This document shows, in pieces, positions 44,401-57,764 of a stretch of 64,000 bases of DNA. Position 1 is the first letter of the stretch, and the number at the start of each line of letters is the position of its first letter. Under the pieces are notes generated by a model. The model was not told the origin of the DNA, did not search any database, and saw only the letters and a list, made by a program, of their open reading frames with translations. Source of the DNA: Auanema rhodensis (Eukaryota > Animalia > Nematoda); contig OZ059900.1 in NCBI GenBank assembly GCA_964057225.1, positions 8,804,001 to 8,868,000 of the forward strand, read 5' to 3'. The position numbers were made by a program, and so were the translations under genes.

Positions 44401-47400
44401 TAGAAGAAAAAAATATGCTTAAGATCAAAAGTTTGACTGATTTTGCCAAAATGCCCTTCAAACCCCAAAAAACCAATAATTCTTGATATTTTCGGTCCTT
44501 TTTGACCAAAGTGGTTAAAATTGAACATATATATGTTAAAATAGTCAAAGTTTATAAATCCTGAACTTCAAATCCATATCTCAAAGGGTCTGATCAAAAC
44601 ATACAGTTTTCACATGTTTTGTACCCAGAATCGTTGAATATATGGCGTTTTGAGCATAAAAAGACCCATATTTCAATCAGTTTTGATATTCGTGCAAAAT
44701 ACACCTATATGAACATTCTATGACATTATTTCATACTATTAGTCGTTTTAGAAGAAAAAAATATGCTTAAGATCAAAAGTTTGACTGATTTTGCCAAAAT
44801 GCCCTTCAAACCTCAAAAAACCAATAATTCTTGATATTTTCGGTCCTTTTTGACCAAAGTAGTTAAAATTGAACATATAGATGTGAAAATAGTCAAAGTT
44901 TATGAATCCTAAACTTCAGATCCATATCTCAAAGGGTCTGATCTAAACATACAGTTTTCACATGTTTTGTACCCAAAATCGTTGAATATATGGCGTTTTG
45001 AGCATAAAAAGGCCCATATTTCAATCAGTTTTGATATTCGTGCAAATTACACCTATATAAACATTCTATGACAGTATTTCATAAATTTAGTCGTTTTAGA
45101 AGAAAAAAATATGCTTAAGATCAAAAGTTTGAGTGATTTTGCCAAAATGCCCTTCAAACCCCAAAAAACCAATAATTCTTGATATTTTCGGTCCTTTTTG
45201 ACCAAAGTAGTTAAAATTGAACATATAGATGTGAAAATAGTCAAAGTTTATGAATCCTAAACTTCAGATCCATATCTCAAAGGGTCTGATCTAAACATAC
45301 AGTTTTCACATGTTTTGTACCCAAAATCGTTGAATATATGGCGTTTTGAGCATAAAAAGGCCCATATTTCAATCAGTTTTGATATTCGTGCAAATTACAC
45401 CTATATAAACATTCTATGACAGTATTTCATAAATTTAGTCGTTTTAGAAGAAAAAAATATGCTTAAGATCAAAAGTTTGAGTGATTTTGCCAAAATGCCC
45501 TTCAAACCCCAAAAAACCAATAATTCTTGATATTTTCGGTCCTTTTTGACCAAAGTGGTTAAAATTGGACATATATATGTAAAAATAGTCAAAGTTTATG
45601 AATCCTGAATTTCAAATCCATATCTCAAAGGGTCTGATCAAAACATACAGTTTTCACATGTTTTGTACCCAAAATCGTTGAATATATGGCGTTTTGAGCA
45701 TAAAAAGGCCCATATTTCAATCAGTTTTGATATTCGTGCAAAATACACCTATATGAACATTCTATGACAGTATTTCATACATTTAGTCGTTTTAGAAGAA
45801 AAAAATATGCTTAAGATCAAAAGTTTGACTGATTTAGCCAAAATGCCCTTCAAACCCCAAAAAACCAATAATTCTTGATATTTTCGGTCCTTTTTGACCA
45901 AAGTGGTTAAAATTGGACATATATATGTAGAAACAGTCGAAGTTTATGAATCCTGAATTTCAAATCCATATCTCAAAGGGTCTGATCAAAACATACAGTT
46001 TTCACATGTTTTGTACCCAAAATCGTTGAATATATGGCGTTTTGAGCATAAAAAGGCCCATATTTCAATCAGTTTTGATATTCGTGCAAAGTACACCTAT
46101 ATGAACATTTTATGACAGTATTTCATATATTTAGTCGTTTTAGAAGAAAAAAATATGCTTAAGATCAAAAGTTTGACTGATTTTGCCAAAATGCCCTTCA
46201 AACCCCAAAAAACCAATAATTCTTGATATTTTCGGTCCTTTTTGACCAAAGTGGTTAAAATTGAACATATATATGTTAAAATAGTCAAAGTTTATAAATC
46301 CTGAACTTCAAATCCATATCTCAAAGGGTCTGATCAAAACATACAGTTTTCACATGTTTTGTACCCAGAATCGTTGAATATATGGCGTTTTGAGCATAAA
46401 AAGACCCATATTTCAATCAGTTTTGATATTCGTGCAAAATACACCTATATGAACATTCTATGACATTATTTCATACTATTAGTCGTTTTAGAAGAAAAAA
46501 ATATGCTTAAGATCAAAAGTTTGACTGATTTTGCCAAAATGCCCTTCAAACCTCAAAAAACCAATAATTCTTGATATTTTCGGTCCTTTTTGACCAAAGT
46601 AGTTAAAATTGAACATATAGATGTGAAAATAGTCAAAGTTTATGAATCCTAAACTTCAGATCCATATCTCAAAGGGTCTGATCTAAACATACAGTTTTCA
46701 CATGTTTTGTACCCAAAATCGTTGAATATATGGCGTTTTGAGCATAAAAAGGCCCATATTTCAATCAGTTTTGATATTCGTGCAAATTACACCTATATAA
46801 ACATTCTATGACAGTATTTCATAAATTTAGTCGTTTTAGAAGAAAAAAATATGCTTAAGATCAAAAGTTTGAGTGATTTTGCCAAAATGCCCTTCAAACC
46901 CCAAAAAACCAATAATTCTTGATATTTTCGGTCCTTTTTGACCAAAGTGGTTAAAATTGAACATATATATGTTAAAATAGTCAAAGTTTATAAATCCTGA
47001 ATTTCAAATCCATATCTCAAAGGGTCTGATCAAAACATACAGTTTTCACATGTTTTGTACCCAGAATCGTTGAATATATGGCGTTTTGAGCATAAAAAGG
47101 CCCATATTTCAATCAGTTTTGATATTCGTGCAAAATACACCTATATGAACATTCTATGACATTATTTCATAAATTTAGTCGTTTTAGAAGAAAAAAATAT
47201 GCTTAAGATCAAAAGTTTGAGTGATTTTGCCAAAATGCCCTTCAAACCCCAAAAAACCAATAATTCTTGATATTTTCGGTCCTTTTTGACCAAAGTGGTT
47301 AAAATTGAACATATATATGTTAAAATAGTCAAAGTTTATAAATCCTGAATTTCAAATCCATATCTCAAAGGGTCTGATCTAAACATACAGTTTTCACATG

Positions 47401-47714
47401 TTTTGTACCCAAAATCGTTGAATATATGGCGTTTTGAGCATAAAAAGGCCCATATTTCAATCAGTTTTGATATTCGTGCAAAATACACCTATATGAACAT
47501 TCTATGACAGTATTTCATACATTTAGTCGTTTTAGAAGAAAAAAATATGCTTAAGATCAAAAGTTTGACTGATTTAGCCAAAATGCCCTTCAAACCCCAA
47601 AAAACCAATAATTCTTGATATTTTCGGTCCTTTTTGACCAAAGTGGTTAAAATTGGACATATATATGTAAAAATAGTCAAAGTTTATGAATCCTGAATTT
47701 CAAATCCATATCTC

Positions 47715-48138
47715 AATTATTGGTTTTTTGAGGTTTGAAGGGCATTTTGGCAAAATCAGTCAAACTTTTGATCTTAAGCATATTTTTTTCTTCTAAAACG
47801 ACTAATAGTATGAAATAATGTCATAGAATGTTCATATAGGTGTATTTTGCACGAATATCAAAACTGATTGAAATATGGGCCTTTTTATGCTCAAAACGCC
47901 ATATATTCAACGATTCTGGGTACAAAACATGTGAAAACTGTATGTTTTGATCAGACCCTTTGAGATATGGATTTGAAGTTCAGGATTTATAAACTTTGAC
48001 TATTTTAACATATATATGTTCAATTTTAACCACTTTGGTCAAAAAGGACCGAAAATATCAAGAATTATTGGTTTTTTGGGGTTTGAAGGGCATTTTGGCA
48101 AAATCAGTCAAACTTTTGATCTTAAGCATATTTTTTTT
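47715..48138 (-). repeat. Inverted satellite cassette, copy 1 (~424 bp, ~1.2 monomers)
   Basis: Left junction ccatatctc-aa-ttattggtttttt; right junction cttaagcatattttttttcc-aaaaaccaataatt. The interior is reverse-complement monomer. Array phase shifts by +193 bp (ORFs 47489 to 48378 = 2x348+193). Confidence 0.97.
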
Positions 48139-51100
48139 CCAAAAACCAATAATTCTTGATATTTTCGGTCCTTTTTGACCAAAGTGGTTGAAATTGAACA
48201 TATATATGTAAAAATAGTCAAAGATTATGAATCCTGATTTTCAAATCCATATCTCAAAGGGTCTGATCAAAACATACAGTTTTCACATGTTTTGTACCCA
48301 AAATCGTTGAATATATGGCGTTTTGAGCATAAAAAGGCCCATATTTCAATCAGTTTTGATATTCGTGCAAAATACACCTATATAAACATTCTATGACAGT
48401 ATTTCATAAATTTAGTCGTTTTAGAAGAAAAAAATATGCTTAAGATCAAAAGTTTGAGTGATTTTGCCAAAATGCCCTTCAAACCCCAAAAAACCAATAA
48501 TTCTTGATATTTTCGGTCCTTTTTGACCAAAGTGGTTAAAATTGAACATATATATGTTAAAATAGTCAAAGTTTATAAATCCTGAATTTCAAATCCATAT
48601 CTCAAAGGGTCTGATCAAAACATACAGTTTTCACATGTTTTGTACCCAGAATCGTTGAATATATGGCGTTTTGAGCATAAAAAGGCCCATATTTCAATCA
48701 GTTTTGATATTCGTGCAAAATACACCTATATGAACATTCTATGACATTATTTCATATATTTAGTCGTTTTAGAAGAAAAAAATATGCTTAAGATCAAAAG
48801 TTTGAGTGATTTTGCCAAAATGCCCTTCAAACCCCAAAAAACCAATAATTCTTGATATTTTCGGTCCTTTTTGACCAAAGTGGTTAAAATTGAACATATA
48901 TATGTTAAAATAGTCAAAGTTTATAAATCCTGAATTTCAAATCCATATCTCAAAGGGTCTGATCAAAACATACAGTTTTCACATGTTTTGTACCCAGAAT
49001 CGTTGAATATATGGCGTTTTGAGCATAAAAAGGCCCATATTTCAATCAGTTTTGATATTCGTGCAAAATACACCTATATGAACATTCTATGACATTATTT
49101 CATATATTTAGTCGTTTTAGAAGAAAAAAATATGCTTAAGATCAAAAGTTTGACTGATTTAGCCAAAATGCCCTTCAAACCCCAAAAAACCAATAATTCT
49201 TGATATTTTCGGTCCTTTTTGACCAAAGTGGTTAAAATTGAACATATATATGTAAAAATAGTCAAAGTTTATGAAACCTGAATTTCAAATCCATATCTCA
49301 AAGGGTCTGATCAAAACATACAGTTTTCACATGTTTTGTACCCAAAATCGTTGAATATATGGCGTTTTGAGCATAAAAAGACCCATATTTCAATCAGTTT
49401 TGATATTCGTGCAAAATACACCTATATGAACATTCTATGACAGTATTTCATACATTTAGTCGTTTTAGAAGAAAAAAATATGCTTAAGATCAAAAGTTTG
49501 ACTGATTTAGCCAAAATGTCCTTCAAACCCCAAAAAACCAATAATTCTTGATATTTTCGGTCCTTTTTGACCAAAGTGGTTAAAATTAAACATATATATG
49601 TGAAAATAGTCAAAGTTTATGAATCCTGAATTTCAAATCCATATCTCAAAGGGTCTGATCAAAACATACAGTTTTCACATGTTTTGTACCCAAAATCGTT
49701 GAATATATGGCGTTTTGAGCATAAAAAGGCCCATATTTCAATCAGTTTTGATATTCGTGCAAAATACACCTATATGAACATTCTATGACAGTATTTCATA
49801 CATTTAGTCGTTTTAGAAGAAAAAAATATGCTTAAGATCAAAAGTTTGACTGATTTTGCCAAAATGCCCTTCAAACCCCAAAAAACCAATAATTCTTGAT
49901 ATTTTCGGTCCTTTTTGACCAAAGTGGTTAAAATTGGACATATATATGTAGAAATAGTCGAAGTTTATGAATCCTGAATTTCAAATCCATATCTCAAAGG
50001 GTCTGATCAAAACATACAGTTTTCACATGTTTTGTACCCAAAATCGTTGAATATATGGCGTTTTGAGCATAAAAAGGCCCATATTTCAATCAGTTTCGAT
50101 ATTCGTGCAAAATACACCTATATCAACATTCTATGACAGTATTCCATACATTTAGTCGTTTTAGAAGAAAAAAATATGCTTAAGATCAAAAGTTTGACTG
50201 ATTTTGCCAAAATGCCCTTCAATCCCCAAAAAACCAATAATTCTTGATATTTTCGGTCCTTTTCGACCAAAGTGGTTAAAATTGAACATATATATGTAAA
50301 AATAGTCAAAGTTTATGAATCCTGAATTTCAAATCCATATCTCAAAGGGTCTGATCAAAACATACAGTTTTCACATGTTTTGTACCCAAAATCGTTGAAT
50401 ATATGGCGTTTTGAGCATAAAAAGGCCCATATTTCAATCAGTTTTGATATTCGTGCAAAATACACCTATATGAACATTCTTTGACAGTATTTCATACATT
50501 TAGTCGTTTTAGAAGAAAAAAATATGCTTAAGATCAAAAGTTTGACTGATTTTGCCAAAATGCCCTTCAAACCCCAAAAAACCAATAATTCTTGATATTT
50601 TCGGTCCTTTTTGACCAAAGTGGTTAAAATTGGACATATATATGTAGAAACAGTCGAAGTTTATGAATCCTGAATTTCAAATCCATATCTCAAAGGGTCT
50701 GATCAAAACATACAGTTTTCACATGTTTTGTACCCAAAATCGTTGAATATATGGCGTTTTGAGCATAAAAAGGCCCATATTTCAATCAGTTTTGATATTC
50801 GTGCAAAGTACACCTATATGAACATTTTATGACAGTATTTCATATATTTAGTCGTTTTAGAAGAAAAAAATATGCTTAAGATCAAAAGTTTGACTGATTT
50901 TGCCAAAATGCCCTTCAAACCTCAAAAAACCAATAATTCTTGATATTTTCGGTCCTTTTTGACCAAAGTAGTTAAAATTGAACATATAGATGTGAAAATA
51001 GTCAAAGTTTATGAATCCTAAACTTCAGATCCATATCTCAAAGGGTCTGATCTAAACATACAGTTTTCACATGTTTTGTACCCAAAATCGTTGAATATAT

Positions 51101-51735
51101 GGCGTTTTGAGCATAAAAAGGCCCATATTTCAATCAGTTTTGATATTCGTGCAAAATACACCTATATGAACATTCTATGACATTATTTCATACTATTAGT
51201 CGTTTTAGAAGAAAAAAATATGCTTAAGATCAAAAGTTTGAGTGATTTTGCCAAAATGCCCTTCAAACCCCAAAAAACCAATAATTCTTGATATTTTCGG
51301 TCCTTTTTGACCAAAGTGGTTAAAATTGAACATATATATGTTAAAATAGTCAAAGTTTATAAATCCTGAATTTCAAATCCATATCTCAAAGGGTCTGATC
51401 TAAACATACAGTTTTCACATGTTTTGTACCCAAAATCGTTGAATATATGGCGTTTTGAGCATAAAAAGGCCCATATTTCAATCAGTTTTGATATTCGTGC
51501 AAAATACACCTATATGAACATTCTATGACAGTATTTCATACATTTAGTCGTTTTAGAAGAAAAAAATATGCTTAAGATCAAAAGTTTGACTGATTTAGCC
51601 AAAATGCCCTTCAAACCCCAAAAAACCAATAATTCTTGATATTTTCGGTCCTTTTTGACCAAAGTGGTTAAAATTGGACATATATATGTAAAAATAGTCA
51701 AAGTTTATGAATCCTGAATTTCAAATCCATATCTC

Positions 51736-52159
51736 AATTATTGGTTTTTTGAGGTTTGAAGGGCATTTTGGCAAAATCAGTCAAACTTTTGATCTTAAGC
51801 ATATTTTTTTCTTCTAAAACGACTAATAGTATGAAATAATGTCATAGAATGTTCATATAGGTGTATTTTGCACGAATATCAAAACTGATTGAAATATGGG
51901 CCTTTTTATGCTCAAAACGCCATATATTCAACGATTCTGGGTACAAAACATGTGAAAACTGTATGTTTTGATCAGACCCTTTGAGATATGGATTTGAAGT
52001 TCAGGATTTATAAACTTTGACTATTTTAACATATATATGTTCAATTTTAACCACTTTGGTCAAAAAGGACCGAAAATATCAAGAATTATTGGTTTTTTGG
52101 GGTTTGAAGGGCATTTTGGCAAAATCAGTCAAACTTTTGATCTTAAGCATATTTTTTTT
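51736..52159 (-). repeat. Inverted satellite cassette, copy 2
   Basis: Same junctions and interior as copy 1, 4021 bp downstream. Confidence 0.97.
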
Positions 52160-55100
52160 CCAAAAACCAATAATTCTTGATATTTTCGGTCCTTTTTGAC
52201 CAAAGTGGTTGAAATTGAACATATATATGTAAAAATAGTCAAAGATTATGAATCCTGATTTTCAAATCCATATCTCAAAGGGTCTGATCAAAACATACAG
52301 TTTTCACATGTTTTGTACCCAGAATCGTTGAATATATGGCGTTTTGAGCATAAAAAGGCCCATATTTCAATCAGTTTTGATATTCGTGCAAAATACACCT
52401 ATATGAACATTCTATGACATTATTTCATAAATTTAGTCGTTTTAGAAGAAAAAAATATGCTTAAGATCAAAAGTTTGAGTGATTTTGCCAAAATGCCCTT
52501 CAAACCCCAAAAAACCAATAATTCTTGATATTTTCGGTCCTTTTTGACCAAAGTGGTTAAAATTGAACATATATATGTTAAAATAGTCAAAGTTTATAAA
52601 TCCTGAATTTCAAATCCATATCTCAAAGGGTCTGATCTAAACATACAGTTTTCACATGTTTTGTACCCAAAATCGTTGAATATATGGCGTTTTGAGCATA
52701 AAAAGGCCCATATTTCAATCAGTTTTGATATTCGTGCAAAATACACCTATATAAACATTCTATGACAGTATTTCATAAATTTAGTCGTTTTAGAAGAAAA
52801 AAATATGCTTAAGATCAAAAGTTTGAGTGATTTTGCCAAAATGCCCTTCAAACCCCAAAAAACCAATAATTCTTGATATTTTCGGTCCTTTTTGACCAAA
52901 GTGGTTAAAATTGAACATATATATGTTAAAATAGTCAAAGTTTATAAATCCTGAATTTCAAATCCATATCTCAAAGGGTCTGATCAAAACATACAGTTTT
53001 CACATGTTTTGTACCCAGAATCGTTGAATATATGGCGTTTTGAGCATAAAAAGGCCCATATTTCAATCAGTTTTGATATTCGTGCAAAATACACCTATAT
53101 GAACATTCTATGACATTATTTCATATATTTAGTCGTTTTAGAAGAAAAAAATATGCTTAAGATCAAAAGTTTGAGTGATTTTGCCAAAATGCCCTTCAAA
53201 CCCCAAAAAACCAATAATTCTTGATATTTTCGGTCCTTTTTGACCAAAGTGGTTAAAATTGAACATATATATGTTAAAATAGTCAAAGTTTATAAATCCT
53301 GAATTTCAAATCCATATCTCAAAGGGTCTGATCAAAACATACAGTTTTCACATGTTTTGTACCCAGAATCGTTGAATATATGGCGTTTTGAGCATAAAAA
53401 GGCCCATATTTCAATCAGTTTCGATATTCGTGCAAAATACACCTATATCAACATTCTATGACAGTATTCCATACATTTAGTCGTTTTAGAAGAAAAAAAT
53501 ATGCTTAAGATCAAAAGTTTGACTGATTTTGCCAAAATGCCCTTCAATCCCCAAAAAACCAATAATTCTTGATATTTTCGGTCCTTTTCGACCAAAGTGG
53601 TTAAAATTGAACATATATATGTAAAAATAGTCAAAGTTTATGAATCCTGAATTTCAAATCCATATCTCAAAGGGTCTGATCAAAACATACAGTTTTCACA
53701 TGTTTTGTACCCAAAATCGTTGAATATATGGCGTTTTGAGCATAAAAAGGCCCATATTTCAATCAGTTTTGATATTCGTGCAAAATACACCTATATGAAC
53801 ATTCTTTGACAGTATTTCATACATTTAGTCGTTTTAGAAGAAAAAAATATGCTTAAGATCAAAAGTTTGACTGATTTTGCCAAAATGCCCTTCAAACCCC
53901 AAAAAACCAATAATTCTTGATATTTTCGGTCCTTTTTGACCAAAGTGGTTAAAATTGGACATATATATGTAGAAACAGTCGAAGTTTATGAATCCTGAAT
54001 TTCAAATCCATATCTCAAAGGGTCTGATCAAAACATACAGTTTTCACATGTTTTGTACCCAAAATCGTTGAATATATGGCGTTTTGAGCATAAAAAGGCC
54101 CATATTTCAATCAGTTTTGATATTCGTGCAAAGTACACCTATATGAACATTTTATGACAGTATTTCATATATTTAGTCGTTTTAGAAGAAAAAAATATGC
54201 TTAAGATCAAAAGTTTGACTGATTTTGCCAAAATGCCCTTCAAACCCCAAAAAACCAATAATTCTTGATATTTTCGGTCCTTTTTGACCAAAGTGGTTAA
54301 AATTGAACATATATATGTTAAAATAGTCAAAGTTTTTAAATCCTGAACTTCAAATCCATATCTCAAAGGGTCTGATCAAAACATACAGTTTTCACATGTT
54401 TTGTACCCAGAATCGTTGAATATATGGCGTTTTGAGCATAAAAAGACCCATATTTCAATCAGTTTTGATATTCGTGCAAAATACACCTATATGAACATTC
54501 TATGACATTATTTCATACTATTAGTCGTTTTAGAAGAAAAAAATATGCTTAAGATCAAAAGTTTGACTGATTTTGCCAAAATGCCCTTCAAACCTCAAAA
54601 AACCAATAATTCTTGATATTTTCGGTCCTTTTTGACCAAAGTAGTTAAAATTGAACATATAGATGTGAAAATAGTCAAAGTTTATGAATCCTAAACTTCA
54701 GATCCATATCTCAAAGGGTCTGATCTAAACATACAGTTTTCACATGTTTTGTACCCAAAATCGTTGAATATATGGCGTTTTGAGCATAAAAAGGCCCATA
54801 TTTCAATCAGTTTTGATATTCGTGCAAATTACACCTATATAAACATTCTATGACAGTATTTCATAAATTTAGTCGTTTTAGAAGAAAAAAATATGCTTAA
54901 GATCAAAAGTTTGAGTGATTTTGCCAAAATGCCCTTCAAACCCCAAAAAACCAATAATTCTTGATATTTTCGGTCCTTTTTGACCAAAGTGGTTAAAATT
55001 GAACATATATATGTTAAAATAGTCAAAGTTTATAAATCCTGAATTTCAAATCCATATCTCAAAGGGTCTGATCAAAACATACAGTTTTCACATGTTTTGT

Positions 55101-55756
55101 ACCCAGAATCGTTGAATATATGGCGTTTTGAGCATAAAAAGGCCCATATTTCAATCAGTTTTGATATTCGTGCAAAATACACCTATATGAACATTCTATG
55201 ACATTATTTCATAAATTTAGTCGTTTTAGAAGAAAAAAATATGCTTAAGATCAAAAGTTTGAGTGATTTTGCCAAAATGCCCTTCAAACCCCAAAAAACC
55301 AATAATTCTTGATATTTTCGGTCCTTTTTGACCAAAGTGGTTAAAATTGAACATATATATGTTAAAATAGTCAAAGTTTATAAATCCTGAACTTCAAATC
55401 CATATCTCGAAGGGTCTGATCAAAACATACAGTTTTCACATGTTTTGTACCCAAAATCGTTGAATATATGGCGTTTTGAGCATAAAAAGGCCCATATTTC
55501 AATCAGTTTTGATATTCGTGCAAAATACACCTATATGAACATTCTATGACAGTATTTCATACATTTAGTCGTTTTAGAAGAAAAAAATATGCTTAAGATC
55601 AAAAGTTTGACTGATTTAGCCAAAATGCCCTTCAAACCCCAAAAAACCAATAATTCTTGATATTTTCGGTCCTTTTTGACCAAAGTGGTTAAAATTGGAC
55701 ATATATATGTAAAAATAGTCAAAGTTTATGAATCCTGAATTTCAAATCCATATCTC

Positions 55757-56180
55757 AATTATTGGTTTTTTGAGGTTTGAAGGGCATTTTGGCAAAATCA
55801 GTCAAACTTTTGATCTTAAGCATATTTTTTTCTTCTAAAACGACTAATAGTATGAAATAATGTCATAGAATGTTCATATAGGTGTATTTTGCACGAATAT
55901 CAAAACTGATTGAAATATGGGCCTTTTTATGCTCAAAACGCCATATATTCAACGATTCTGGGTACAAAACATGTGAAAACTGTATGTTTTGATCAGACCC
56001 TTTGAGATATGGATTTGAAGTTCAGGATTTATAAACTTTGACTATTTTAACATATATATGTTCAATTTTAACCACTTTGGTCAAAAAGGACCGAAAATAT
56101 CAAGAATTATTGGTTTTTTGGGGTTTGAAGGGCATTTTGGCAAAATCAGTCAAACTTTTGATCTTAAGCATATTTTTTTT
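55757..56180 (-). repeat. Inverted satellite cassette, copy 3
   Basis: Same junctions and interior, 4021 bp after copy 2. Confidence 0.97.
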
Positions 56181-57340
56181 CCAAAAACCAATAATTCTTG
56201 ATATTTTCGGTCCTTTTTGACCAAAGTGGTTGAAATTGAACATATATATGTAAAAATAGTCAAAGATTATGAATCCTGATTTTCAAATCCATATCTCAAA
56301 GGGTCTGATCAAAACATACAGTTTTCACATGTTTTGTACCCAAAATCGTTGAATATATGGCGTTTTGAGCATAAAAAGGCCCATATTTCAATCAGTTTTG
56401 ATATTCGTGCAAAATACACCTATATGAACATTCTATGACATTATTTCATAAATTTAGTCGTTTTAGAAGAAAAAAATATGCTTAAGATCAAAAGTTTGAG
56501 TGATTTTGCCAAAATGCCCTTCAAACCCCAAAAAACCAATAATTCTTGATATTTTCGGTCCTTTTTGACCAAAGTGGTTAAAATTGAACATATATATGTT
56601 AAAATAGTCAAAGTTTATAAATCCTGAATTTCAAATCCATATCTCAAAGGGTCTGATCTAAACATACAGTTTTCACATGTTTTGTACCCAAAATCGTTGA
56701 ATATATGGCGTTTTGAGCATAAAAAGGCCCATATTTCAATCAGTTTTGATATTCGTGCAAAATACACCTATATAAACATTCTACGACAGTATTTCATAAA
56801 TTTAGTCGTTTTAGAAGAAAAAAATATGCTTAAGATCAAAAGTTTGAGTGATTTTGCCAAAATGCCCTTCAAACCCCAAAAAACCAATAATTCTTGATAT
56901 TTTCGGTCCTTTTTGACCAAAGTGGTTAAAATTGAACATATATATGTTAAAATAGTCAAAGTTTATAAATCCTGAATTTCAAATCCATATCTCAAAGGGT
57001 CTGATCAAAACATACAGTTTTCACATGTTTTGTACCCAGAATCGTTGAATATATGGCGTTTTGAGCATAAAAAGGCCCATATTTCAATCAGTTTTGATAT
57101 TCGTGCAAAATACACCTATATGAACATTCTATGACATTATTTCATATATTTAGTCGTTTTAGAAAAAAAAATATGCTTAAGATCAAAAGTTTGACTGATT
57201 TAGCCAAAATGCCCTTCAAACCCCAAAAAACCAATAATTCTTGATATTTTCGGTCCTTTTTGACCAAAGTGGTTAAAATTGGACATATATATGTAAAAAT
57301 AGTCAAAGTTTATGAATCCTGAATTTCAAATCCATATCTC

Positions 57341-57764
57341 AATTATTGGTTTTTTGAGGTTTGAAGGGCATTTTGGCAAAATCAGTCAAACTTTTGATCT
57401 TAAGCATATTTTTTTCTTCTAAAACGACTAATAGTATGAAATAATGTCATAGAATGTTCATATAGGTGTATTTTGCACGAATATCAAAACTGATTGAAAT
57501 ATGGGCCTTTTTATGCTCAAAACGCCATATATTCAACGATTCTGGGTACAAAACATGTGAAAACTGTATGTTTTGATCAGACCCTTCGAGATATGGATTT
57601 GAAGTTCAGGATTTATAAACTTTGACTATTTTAACATATATATGTTCAATTTTAACCACTTTGGTCAAAAAGGACCGAAAATATCAAGAATTATTGGTTT
57701 TTTGGGGTTTGAAGGGCATTTTGGCAAAATCAGTCAAACTTTTGATCTTAAGCATATTTTTTTT
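57341..57764 (-). repeat. Inverted satellite cassette, copy 4
   Basis: Same junctions, 1584 bp after copy 3. Carries a T>C change at 57587 (acccttcgag) absent from copies 1-3. Confidence 0.97.

Noticed and set aside
47715-48154. Cassette as a MITE with 14-bp terminal inverted repeats
   Set aside because: It is entirely satellite-derived, has no target-site duplication, and all copies have the same flanks and phase, so it was duplicated with its flanks rather than transposed.
3918-56897. Two 71-aa + strand ORFs (MYPKSLNIW..., at 3918 and 56682)
   Set aside because: Each arises from single SNPs removing stop codons in one monomer.
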